From positions 14,260,001-14,324,000 of the forward strand of contig CAIIXF020000001.1 of NCBI GenBank assembly GCA_903813345.2: a stretch of 64,000 nucleotides of DNA, read 5' to 3'. Below the pieces are notes generated by a model. The model made no database searches, was not told where the DNA came from, and saw nothing but the letters and a program-made list of their open reading frames with translations. Positions 39,501-52,200 of the stretch are shown one piece after another; positions within the stretch are counted from its first letter, which is position 1, and every line of letters starts with the position of its first letter. The translations under genes and the position numbers were made by a program. This DNA comes from Owenia fusiformis (lineage: Eukaryota).

Positions 39501-40797
39501 AGGTATGATATTATTCACCATATTTAATGTCTTTTCAGCCTTCAACAGGTGCCAGCCTATGCAATGAATGAACATGGAGATCACCATGGTCACAGTAATA
39601 CTCCAGATGCCTACGAACAACACCAAAGTAGAGACCAACAATATTCATCAGCAGACCCAAACAACAACTTACCCCAAGATCAAGCCATGGCTAACAAACC
39701 AACATTAATATACAGCCATGAAATGCTGAGTCAGCAGGCCCAAAAGCTCATTGATGACATCAATGAGAAGAGAAAGCAAGACACTGTACTTATGGAAGAC
39801 TATAGGAAATCATTGGAATTAAATGTAAGTTTGGAATTTATAGAAAATAATAATATATATGAATACACAATATAAAGTCCTCAACTGTAAGGTAAGATAG
39901 TCACAGGTGACTCTAGAAATATAAATTATTTACTGGGTATTCCATAATAACATGTTTTACCTGGAAAATAAACAGGGAATAGAAATTATATTTAAAAAAT
40001 CCAGTATCAGATTCCATATCAACCATAATCCCGGCAGTATAAGATCCCATATTGGATCCAGTATCAGCCAAAATCCAGTATCAGAACTATTTCCAAGATT
40101 ATGGAATAAATAGGTTATTGATGGTCAATATGATATTTTCCTTGGGCAATATCATATTTTCCCTTGGAATAAAATTTATATTTCAAACTTGAAAATGAAT
40201 AAGTTTCAGATAAAAGATTATGGAATAAATAGGTTATTGATGGTCAATATGATATTTTCCTTGGGCAATATCATATTTTCCCTTGGAATAAAATTTATAT
40301 TTCATCCCTCCCATTAAGTAACCTCTCCATATTTCATTGTGTTTCAGATAACATTTTTTTACTTCTTGATTGTTTTTTGTGGATGGTGTTTGGTGGTTGG
40401 TGTTTGGCATTGGCATTTGTCATCTGTAACAAATGGCAGGTAGTGACATTTTGCATGTTAATGCCTTGTTGGAGTTTTGCAATGATGTGTATTTTGTGAT
40501 TTTATTCAGTAATAAAATAACAAACAAAAAAATCCCCAAAGCTTTTTATTTTGTTCATTATATTATTTGTATAATTGACCAACACAACTCTGCTAAATTC
40601 TTTTCCAGGTCCAAAAGCAATGTGCGGCTGTAGAGGAACACATGTTTGGTCTCTATGAAACAACAGGCAAAACCATCCAAACAAAACTCCAGGAACTTTA
40701 TTCTACATTTGATCGTATTGCTAAGCTGGAGGATGAACTGAATCAATTTAAAAGTGCCCTTGGGATGCTATATCAGGATGTCAATTCTTCTGAGTGA
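33527..40797 (+). CDS. SYCE2: Synaptonemal complex central element protein 2-like (~189 aa)
   Basis: Coding exons 33527-33621, 39539-39824, 40609-40797 join in frame via GT-AG sites; LSQQAQKLIDDINEKRKQDTVLMEDYRKSL...VEEHMFGLY...IQTKLQEL...IAKLEDELNQF matches the SYCE2 core as I recall it (AQELIENINKSRQKD...IQEKLQEF...ISHLETELKQ). Confidence 0.88.
35149..35652. mobile_element. MITE nested in the left arm of the foldback element
   Basis: Imperfect inverted ends ttgggtgtgaacc / gtgcacaccctg with long internal self-complementarity; interrupts a 163-bp subrepeat at tagacta. Confidence 0.7.
36361..36795. mobile_element. Hairpin-type interspersed element, copy 2
   Basis: Stem 36361-36499 around CCACGAAGCCCGGAGGGCAAGTGG, then ttattatatcac ... 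gaccaatca ... gtgatataataa. Confidence 0.7.
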
Positions 40798-41740
40798 CAG
40801 TAAATGGGCAAATTAATTCTGGTAAAATTATTTCGAGAAACATATAGTGCTATTTGTCTCTCTGAATTACTAATCTCCATGGAGCAAACTATAAAATTCT
40901 CATTTTGGTAATCTTTCCAATCTGGGTGCAAACTGATCCTCAACTGGGTGCAAAAATGATCCACAATGGGGTGCAAATTGATCCTCAAACTGGGTGCAAA
41001 CTGAATAATCAATTCCACTTATATATAGTTATGCTGATGAGACTGCCACAGTAAGTTTAAACAAGGGGAGAGTATGGCAATTTCAAATAAAATAACCACA
41101 GAGATCACAGGCTCCTGATAACCAACTGATTATTCAGCTAATCTCATTCTAAATGCTTTAATTTATTGATTATCTTGGTGGAAGTATTATTACCAGAATC
41201 AAAGTTTTGAAGAATTCAATATTTTATGACATTTCACATTTTACTCATGTTTAAAAAATATAATGTTAGCTAATAATGTACACAAATCACAAAGCAAATT
41301 TTAAGTTCATATACTCCTCTTCACAGTTTAAGTATCACTAGAGATGAGAGCTTGAAACAGGATAAAGTCTATGTCCATAATTCATGAAGAGATCTCATGA
41401 CTCTCCTTTGGAAAGATGAAATATTCAAATACCTTTGATGAGTCAAGATGGAATGTCTTTGTAACTAATTATTATCATTCGAAAGAGCCTATTACTCTTA
41501 ACTGCTGATATAGTCATGTACCATGAAACATGATAGTTGTGATTCACTGCCAATAAATGGGTATAGTATATTTTGCTTGATATTGAGGAATTTATGGTGT
41601 AGTATCTTTTGACTTGCAAGTTCACATTATTTGATTACAAATAAAACACTAGAATAAATTTTGGGATGAAACGAGACAGGTCACAGATGATTACAGGTAA
41701 GGTAGTGTTACACTGTTCACCCTCCACACAAAGATAGTAT

Positions 41741-41900
41741 AGTAAAACCTGTTTAAGTGGAACACCTTTGCTACCTCTAAAAAGTGTTCCACTTGTGAAG
41801 TGTTCCATTCATAAAGATTTATTTAACATTTAGTCAATTGGTCTTGAGACTCTGAAAAGTGTTCCATTTCTAGAGGTGTTCCACTTCGCAGGTTTCACTG
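41741..41900. mobile_element. pogo/Tigger-like MITE
   Basis: agtaaaacctg...aagtggaacacc / ggtgttccactt..caggtttcactg inverted ends. Confidence 0.55.
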
Positions 41901-44900
41901 CACTTTGTTCGGTGTACTTAATTTGGCAGCCGTTTTAATTTGGTAGATCCGCCAATTGTTAAAGTGCTAAATCAAGTAGCCGCCGAATTCCCCGGTAATT
42001 TTAGTAATATGTAAATAAGAACCATTAGTACAATGTAATACTGCAAGTCTGCCAAATTAAGTAGCAGACAAATGTTCAAAACAGCAAACCCGCCTAAATA
42101 AGTAGCGCTGAATTAAGTAGAAGTACAGTATAACATTGCCTATGGACGTTTCATCAGTGTCACTTATATCATTGTAAGAGCTACACCATAGCTTTCAATT
42201 AGGCATTCATATCACGGCAGAGTGTCTGAATATCAGAATACAGATACATGTATGCAGCCTTGCTTCAGGACCTTAGACCCTGCCCCTCCCCCTTATCTAC
42301 TTTGTTAATAAGGGGGAGGGGCAGGGTCTTGAAGCAAGACTAACAGATACAGTATGTTATAGAATTTAAAGTGGGAATTATAGGATACAAACTCTTTGTA
42401 TACAGTAGGGAATATAGATATATTTTTGTCAATCGATGAAGTCAACTTAACACCCTTTTACGAAACAATCTGTACTGCTCTATGTATTAATGAATGATAA
42501 ACATGATTGTAAGTTAAAATAGAGCTTAAAAAATTGCAGATAAACAGATAAACTATGTTCTATTTTAACCAAATTGTAATGTAAAAAAGTTAATGTTACA
42601 CTCTACAAAAGAATAAATGTTTCATAAAGAATGAAATTACACTTCGTCTCATTTTATAGATTTATTTATGACTTTTGCACGCATTAGTTTCCATTAGAGG
42701 AATAAGAGAACACATTAACCTTGTGATGCATCAACATTGATAAATCAAACTCCTGATTCAAGAAAAACATTACGGATATAATCTCAAGGGGACATATCAA
42801 AACAACAGTATTTGAAGAGGATGCCTATTCTGTTATTATAAAATGAATTTTTCAACAATGTCTCATGGTAATTTAGAGGTTGGCAAATAAAAATGAAAGA
42901 AATTTATTAGGGAATTTGAAAATATCCATTAATCTCTATCGGTTTGATAGTTTAAAACTATGTATAGTGTGTTCTATTGAATTAAAAAAAATGTCCACTT
43001 AAAATTTTGGAAAATATGACCCAATAATTATTGGTACTAATCATAAATCACAATTAGTATTCTTGCATCCATATTTTGTTTTTAAACAAAATCAGAATTT
43101 GAGAATATTGCACTTGATAATTTGACACAGTCCCTAAAACATGTTGAACTAGAAGAGGAAACATACATTTCCCCTCATACCAGGTAACTCTTTGGTTTGT
43201 GGTGTTATTGTGTTCACATCTATGCTTCACTTTCTCGTACATATGTGTGTATTATGAACACATTTGAGCTCAAAAGTTCACCACAGTGGTTTTTATTCAG
43301 AAGTCAATGGAGTATGTTCTGAAAAAATGTGTCCATTAGGTATACACCAGAATAATGTTTACTTATAAGGTTTAACTGTATTTCATTTTGACATTGAAGT
43401 ACGTACACTGAAATACAGTGTAACAATCCATACTCCAAGATATTCTTAGAGATGGTTATTTAGAATTGATGAGATCATTACACTTAACCTCAATCATAGT
43501 CTTGCATCAAGAACCTTGACCCCCTCCCCCTATCTAATTTGACAACATTGTTGTAAAGTAGACAAGGGGGGGTCCAGGGTCTTGATGCAAGACTACCTCC
43601 ATCGTCTTGGAAAGATTTGTTTTTCTGCAATGGTGATGACTTAGACTGGAAGAACATTAAAATTCTTATATTTGTAAATAATATTTCTACTACCCATGCA
43701 CCAGGGGGACACAAACATGTAACCCACTAATTTTGGAATAATGATTTCTGAATATGATAATGGATGAATGTTCTTGATTTTATTTCTGTAGATAGTGTTC
43801 ACAATATTTGGGAAGCAGTGGTGTCCTCATACAGGATCTACAACTTTGATATTTAAAGCTGAGGTATCTTGCTTTAGGCTTGCTATCGTATCAAGTTGTT
43901 CAAACATATAAGTTTTGAAGCTTGGTTCATCTTTAGCAAATCATTTCTGGTTTGCATCCTGACACTTGAAGTGAGATGTAGTGAATACTGGTGAATGATT
44001 TTAATTGAGTGAAACTATATTCGAATTGTTTAAAATTGTTCAAGTTTAACAACGGTGTTTCACTTGCTGGTTTCCAATATTGGTATTTCTGATGATATAT
44101 GATGTAAATCGGTTTAATAATCTCATTAAATATTACGTCATCTTATTATTGATAGCAAAATAAGCATTTAATACAGTGTAAACATGACCATAGCTACCAT
44201 ATTATTAATTTGGTATCTCAAAAATATCATATCACATATTGCAGTGAACCCTCTGTATTACAAACAGCAATTTGTGATGCCCCCTCTACCAGAATGAACT
44301 GTTTCATCTCCCCGGATATGTTTCAATCACAAGATACCTCACATTCTTTCATGTTCCAGACTCACACTGTAAACAAACTTATTGACTTGTAAATTCTCAT
44401 CTGTTATCTGCAGGGCCTTTAGGTCTCTATAGATCTATATATTACTACATGCTAGAGTACATCAGTATTGGTTGGATTTAAACAGAAACACAAGCGGAAA
44501 TTATTCTGATTTAATCAGATCAAACAAGGTGATCATATTTTCACAGAGCAGAGTAAACTGGATCAATGCCATTTGGTGTTGCAGACAGTCAATGTGAGAA
44601 AAATCCATACACTTGTAAACAATTAAATATCCATATACAAGAAGTGTACTGTTAAATTCTTTATTTTTGAGAGGTATATCCAACGAGAACCTAATTTCCT
44701 TGTTATTCAGCAAATCTACTGATGAAGATGGGTAATGGGGATAACATATAACCAAATATGTTGAAAAGGTCGAGGGTCAATCTAAAGATAGCAGAAGATT
44801 ATAATGAAATGTCACATTCTCTATGTTTTATATTTCAATACAAGTAGATGGTACTATAGATGGTACTCTGTTTAAGGGAGAATATTCTTATATCTTATAT

Positions 44901-46238
44901 ATTCTTCTTCGTTTAAGGGGAAATATCTCTTCAAGAGAGAGGATCTTTCTCTTTTCTAGAGAGAATACTCGGTCCTCTGCTCAAGAAAGAATTTTGCTCT
45001 GTTCATGAGAGAATGCCCTTCTGTTCAAAAGAGAATGATAATCTGTTCAACAGAGGATGCATCTCTGTTCAAAAAAGGATGTTTCTCTGAATGATCCTCT
45101 GTTCAAGAAAGGATGAATCCCTATTTAAGATTTAATAGAGAAAGATCCTTTGATCAATAGAGACTATTCCTCTGTTCAAAAGAGGTTGCTTCTCTGTTCA
45201 AGAAAGATTGCTAACGAGGCATTAACATGCAAAATGTCACTACCTGCCATTTGTTACAGAAGCAGAATACCAACTGCCAAACTCCAAACGCTGATTATTG
45301 AAGATCATTCACAAAATAAGTTGGAGAGAATAACAATATGTCACCACTTTCGGTGGTGAAATAAAAATGCTCCACCATTAAGAGAATACACATGTACATA
45401 CATTTTCAACAATAATTCTTATCGAAGATTTTATTACAAAATGTTATTTACATAGTGTACATTTACATTCTCTAATCTTCCAAATAAATATATAATACAA
45501 TACATCAACTGTACAGTGTACATACACACAAAAATGTGCACAATGTGTAGTATCCTATACCATCAAACTCCTCAAAGGTATATTAATTGCGTATCACACT
45601 TGTAAAAGTAGTATCATAAACAATATGTATATATTTCATAGTAGGGGCCTACAGATTAATTGACAATTTAGTGGGAATCATATTTTTTGAAAACCAGTAA
45701 CTTTTTCACTATTATTGCAAAAATGTATGTCTAAATAACAGTAAGGCATTTACAAGATGAAATACCAAAGATGCTGATTACTGAATGCTATTTACTAAGT
45801 AATTCACAAAAAGGTGACTAGCAATGTATCATTATTTGACATAAAACACCCTTAAATACTTAAAAATGTAAGAAAAGTGGTATGATAATAAGGTTTTCTG
45901 ATGCCCAAGTATACACCACTAAACAGTAAACAGACAGTTAATTTGTATGGCCTGACTGACAATAAAGTTTTCTCTTTGCGCAAATTGCTCATTGAGGAAG
46001 CTCACAAGAAACATTACTTGATAGTTAAAACATGCGTAAGAATGTTTTGCAAAAATCCTAATAGGATGAGGTGACTCCTATTTAATAGTTAACGAGTAAT
46101 TTCATAATGAGTAACTTTGCAGCACCCCTTATTATGTTTACTATATTTTTGTGCTGTAATTTTTGCTTGTGAAATTCATTCAGACTGTTATTTGCAAATT
46201 CATGTTGTTACTTAAAATCTTCAATACTATAAGTTATT

Positions 46239-46520
46239 GAATGATTTGAAGTGCAATACCTGCTCGAGAAATTCCATATTGGAATGAGACGAAGTCGAGT
46301 GCCAATACAGAATATTGAGAGCAGAATATATCCTGTATTGCACTTCAAATCATTCTATATCATTTTTGTTGTGTGATCCTCTGTATTGCTATTGAGAATG
46401 TCCCATCCGTTCCAATATGTGACGGAGATGATCAATGGGGACAATCTCAGTAGCAATACAGATTGGTACAGCACAAGAACTGACCAATCAGAAGGCTTCA
46501 TTTTACAGATCATACGATAA
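46239..46520. mobile_element. Hairpin-type interspersed element, copy 3
   Basis: Stem gaatgatttgaagtgcaatac / gtattgcacttcaaatcattc around GAGACGAAGTCGAGTG; second stem; gaccaatca box; closing gatcatacgataa. Confidence 0.6.
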
Positions 46521-46749
46521 ATTAACATGCATATTTCAAATGACAGATTTTAGCAAGATGTTTTCTTACAACTACACGAAGTTCAAAATACAAGTGCTTT
46601 TTATTAATTCTCACAAAATAATATGAAAAAATGATCATCTTTAATTTGGTTCATACAGAACAAATGACCAACAAATTCATTCAAAGAATCCTCACAATTA
46701 TACATTTATTTTGTATAAATTCAAGAAACAATAATTACATATAGGTGTA

Positions 46750-46955
46750 CAGTAAAACCTTATGAAATCCCAGCTTTGAAATTAAATCCAATAGCCAAAA
46801 TTGTAATGTCTATCTTTAGTCTCTGATAGCTTTAGGTCTATTTGTGTCTAAGAGAGAATTAGGAGGGTAAATGCAAGTCAGGGACTTGACCTGAAACAAA
46901 ATTGTTTGGGAATTTTTTCATGAGAAGAAAATGTTTAGCTCAACAGGTTTTACTG
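46750..46955. mobile_element. pogo/Tigger-like MITE
   Basis: ta|CAGTAAAACCT ... AGGTTTTACTG|ta. Confidence 0.6.
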
Positions 46956-48734
46956 TACTGAAGTACCCTGGGTGTTGTACTACAATTTATATTTCAATAA
47001 CAACTCGAAGCAGAAATAAAATGTGCCCATTTAACAATTAAATGTATGATACCACTTGGTACTTACGTCGATAAACAAATGCTGTACAATATAATAACAA
47101 TATTTTACATAACTTTTTGTGCGTTTATTTTTAATAATGCGTTAATTGGCACACTCATGCATCATTTGGCCAAATCTATGTATCCACATATACACAAAAC
47201 TGTTCCTTAACTGGCAAATGTAATAATAAAATTCCTACACATAGCAATACATGTAGATTAAAACATGTCATATTACAGTTGAGCACAAATGGAGCCCCAT
47301 CTTGCCCAAATGGAGCATGGAGCCCCCTCCCCCATCCACTTGGGCTGTGCTACTATATCACTCACCAAGTGTTTCTCTTCAGATTTCTGGCTGAATATTT
47401 GACAATATTACAGAAATTTAGCAACAGAATATGGTTTCAGTGTAATAATATTTTAAAAAAACATTCAAACCCTGTGCTGTAGGTGGATTGAAAATCTCAT
47501 CATCTTTAGGGAATGCCTCAATATTCTGATGTTTGCCAAAATTGTAGTTAATAAGTACAGTAGCTTAGATTCATCCCCTCCCTCCCCCAAATGTTAATAT
47601 TTGTTTATTATTGCAAAATGTCATAGACTTTTATCCCATCTTCCCATTGTTGGTTCCCATGCTCAATCACTATGTTCTACTTGTCTTTCTATAATCTTTG
47701 GACATGTCCGAAGCTTGATGAAGCAAGATACCTAATTCCTTGAAATGAATTGATTAGATTTACGGCTAACATCAATATATTGAGGTTGTCCCTAACCAAG
47801 GTAGTTACGGTTATACAATTTCATCCAAATGGCCTAAAAGCAAAGAAAAAATGAAAGTATATTATAGAGGCCTAGAAAATAAAGTTTAAAAATTTAAACA
47901 ATGTGTTTTTCTTGGTTTCTTATAGAACACATCTTTTTTGTGTTTATAAATGTTTTAGATGGTTCTCATGACTTTATTGAAATGATAAACCTGATAATAT
48001 AAAATAGTATTTCTCAATTTTCAACGATCTATGGTGAAAACGATACTTGAGAAATAAGGTTTTGAGGTAGAATTAAAATGAGACAATACACCAATACTTC
48101 TACCATCTGCCTAGCAAAATTTTTACAAACTGTGTACATTCTTCTGAAATAAACACACTTTGTCATGAAGTTGCCATAAGAACAAAAGGAACTCAAAGGC
48201 TAATATGATTCCCATTGGTCTCTCGCAATAGTTTGTGTAGTTACCATGCTGATGGGTCTGTCAACAAAGGGCCTTTTTTCATTCTGGATCCCATCCCAAT
48301 AATCAAGCTGACACAGAACAGAATAGAATGGAATCAGAACACATTTTGGAATTTGCTCTCAGAATTTGAAATGTTTTCATTGTATTGAAATATTGTGTAT
48401 TAAAAAGATACTTTATATCTTACTTCTAATGTATTCAAAGTTAATGACCCTCTAAGGATCATGAATGGTGATATATTAAATCCAATTAATAGAACCAGTA
48501 CTTCTGAGAGAATACAATTACAATACAAAACAATAAGTTTCATTCCAAAGGGATTGTTTTTGTCCAAAGGAATTGTTTTTGAGACATACAGAGGGGCTTG
48601 GAATATCCCCACTATAAATTTTGTTTTTTGGGATAATAAGCTCGAAAATGAAAATCAGGGACAGGTTTAATAGAGCTCTGTGTTTCTAACAAGAACTTAA
48701 TATTCTGGAGGCAGTTGTGTTATTTACTTCACAA

Positions 48735-49095
48735 AGGCTCTAACTTCTCTTATATTCCTGTCTATAGCTACCCATAACACATAGGCTCTAAGTTCCCTTG
48801 TACCAGCCTTTAGCAACCCACAGAGGGTCAAAATCCCTTATCCCTGTTAATAGCAACCTATAACACCCAGGCTCTAAGTTCCTGTCTATGAAAACCCATA
48901 ACACATAGTCTCTAACTTCCCTCATTCCTGTCTATGAAAACCCATAACACATAGTCTCTAAATTCTCTCATTCCTGTCTATGGAAACCCATAACACATTG
49001 TCTCTAACTTCCCTCATTCCTGTCTATGAAAACCCATAACACATAGTCTCTAAATTCTCTCATTCCTGCCTATGGAAACCCATACCACAAATAGG
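48735..49095. repeat. ~45-bp minisatellite just downstream of the PDE9 stop codon
   Basis: Unit cccataacacatagtctctaacttccctcattcctgtctatgaaaa, about 8 copies. Confidence 0.85.
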
Positions 49096-49254
49096 CACAT
49101 AAAATATACCAAATGAGACATAGCCTAGACTCGAAATTGATAATATCACAGGTTCAGTCCACAGTAAATGGCGAATAAGATCATTCCACAATGCCAATGT
49201 GAACCAAAAATAGCGATTTGTACACGAGACAGATTCTTTTGGTTAAATTCTGTG

Positions 49255-52200
49255 CTAGGATTTGATTGGCTTAGAGCTGATTCCATTTTTAATTCCACTT
49301 GACGATTCTTTTCGTTCCATCTTTTGTCCATCAATGGCATCTGCCATTTTTGTATAATAGTCCAAAGCCCAATTCACAGGTCGTATAAGGTGTTCCTGAA
49401 ACACATAGAAAGTATATATTTATTCATAAGGCATGTTTAATTTTAAATCACCAAACATGTACGAACTGACACAATGTCTCCCTTCAATATCCTCAGAAAG
49501 GATATTATATCTCCATGTGCAATTTCTCAACAATATAATAATACATGAAATGCATGATAATAAATAAATGCATCAAAAGCTTAATGGACAGAGGGTTAAA
49601 TATATTTTGCAATTTTCATTGCTATTGAATTATATCCCCATTCACTTTGGCATATCATAACTCAATTTAAATTATATTATGTCCTACAATGTACTTAAGA
49701 GTTTAACTAGATTCAGAAAAACATGGTATCATAAAGTTTGAGAAAAATACCTCTATAGCTGGAAACATCTCCGCCAAGGCAGCAAACAGAGGCAAAAGTA
49801 CAAATCTGATGAACCCTATTTGAGAGGAAGGTTTTGTTACTTTGTCTCTATCCATGAATGGTGCTACTGGCAGTCCTTCAAGCTTCTCCACGTCACTCTA
49901 GAAACATTAGAGTAAGATTATACTTTAGAAACATGACAGATGAATTATACAGGGTGTCAAATAAATATGTTCTCCCCCTTAGCTTTAACATTCACATAAC
50001 TTTTTGTATGCATGACATCTGAATAGTTATTGAGCCAATTGAAACTAGGCTTCATGGACCAACTCCAAAAGAAATTTCAGATGACTAGCCCAACTTGAGG
50101 CACATTTATGCATAAAAGTTCATACTTTTGAAATTAAGAGGGGAGAACATATTTACTTGATACCCTGTACTCTAGAAACATTACAGCTACAATGGTTGTA
50201 CAAAACACTTCAGCCACATTATACTTTAGAAATGTTACAGCTAAATCTTACTTTAAATATGTTACAGCTAGATTATATGAAATGAAATTTGAACATTTTT
50301 GGCTGCCATTGTGTGGATGCCTCGAACACTTTCAGACAATCTGAATACGATATTCTTAACGCTGTCACTCAAATTCTTAAAGGTTTTTACAAATAATTTT
50401 GATAAAAATTGGTATCAATGTTTTTGTATTCAGGCCTTGCCTTGTTGAGTCAACAATCTTCAAAATGTTGATTAATATAATAACCACAGTAAGAAATAGA
50501 TCTTATTTAGGAATGTCATGCAAGAAAAATTGTGAATGGGAGGATGACAGAGGGACAAACAACAACACAGAACCTTAATTTAATAGAAAATAAGATTTAT
50601 CTTTATTTACAGGTCGGGAAAAAGAAAATTGTAAAAGATCTAAGGATTTTGTACATTTACTTAATTACTGTTCATAATTACCAAGGAGGATTGGAAGCCG
50701 TTATTGAAATTCGATACTCCATTGCCCAGAGTAGACCAATTTGGTTACAATATTACTCATATTATGAAGACTAGAACTGCTGAGGAAGCTTGAATACTTC
50801 CAAAATATTCATAATGACCACCTTTCAGTGAAATACTCCAAAGAGAACCTTATAGAATTTTTTTTACTAAATTGTTCCACTGCAGGCAATGGAGTATAGA
50901 GTTTGAATAATGGCTGCCAATCCTCCTTGATAATCACATAATAATATTGTACTACCATATATAATTGTGGTCTATTTTCATGATTTCAATATTGAGAATT
51001 CAAAACATAATCTCTTTTTTGTATTATTATCATCCAATTCCATTTCTTGTCTTGATATATCAAATACAATGGTATAACCTTGTAAAAACAATAGTAATAT
51101 GTTCATGAGACACCAACGACTGTGGTATCCTACATTACGGACCTGCATGAAGAATTCCTGTAGAAGGCAATCGAGCCACGGTTCTGCAACCTCCATAGGA
51201 CGGGCCTCATTTGATATATCAGCAACTTTCACTAGTATTTGTAGAAGCTAAATAAACAACAGAGTGACAACACATCTAGAATATTGAGTCACTACGACGA
51301 CACAGTGTACCAATATAACTATACTATAGATGTGCAAGGGAACACACTGAAACTCCCTCTGTGACTCTCACATTATTGAAAAGGGTTTCATTCTTTCGCT
51401 ATGGCTGAAGTGTGCATTTTCATTTGTATCCAGAATGTATCCAGAATGTAAGATCTTTAAATACACCTCTGTAAGTAAAACACCTACATTACATGTAATA
51501 CTTTTAAGAGTCCCATGACCCATTGGCTCAATGTTAAATGAACCCGAAGTCCAACATCTTTTTTATGTCTCAGTCAGAGTCACATAAGGTAGTTTACAAG
51601 CCACATATTGGGAAAGGTAACACGCATAAAGTGCAATGAGGGAAGCAATATCTTGCAAACCATGCAGAGGTAGAAAGCCGTCATATCTATATATTTCTAC
51701 AACGGTGGGAGACAAGCAATGGAGGGAGCACTTGGAGCAATCAGAAAGTGTCAACTTTGATCCATCCATGGCCATCTCCACCCACACTGTTTCCCATTCC
51801 CTTTAATCCAATCATTGGGGTAGGCTGGTACATGCATAAGGCTAGGATAATCAAATTATATGTTCAGATTTTTAATTTTTTTTTTTTATTATTAAATTTA
51901 TTTCAATAGAATACAAAAAATGTAAATACAGACATGTAAATTCTTAAATCGCCACAATGGCATTATATAAGAATAGGGGGCAGGTGGAAGTAGAAGTGGC
52001 AGAGCAGGCAGGGTCTTGGACTAGGGCAAGTGTGACGGGACTTGAGGATACTAGAGATGGATAAGAAGGAGGGAATTAGCTATTGTCTTTGATAAAATTA
52101 ACAATGAGAAGTAGTATTTGGGAATTTGCATCTATGTTTAATTTGGGAATTCCTGTTTTCAAAATAGCTATGAAATCAGTTTGAGAGAGATTATGACTGA

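Noticed and set aside
40095-40305. ~90-bp direct duplication at 120-bp spacing in SYCE2 intron 3
   Set aside because: Ordinary local duplication with no further structure
42600-42670. Overlapping polyadenylation sites of convergent SYCE2 and PDE9
   Set aside because: AATAAA/TTTATT hexamers are too frequent in AT-rich DNA to call without transcript data
44930-45205. Degenerate ~22-bp ctctgttcaa repeats
   Set aside because: Decayed minisatellite; no support for function
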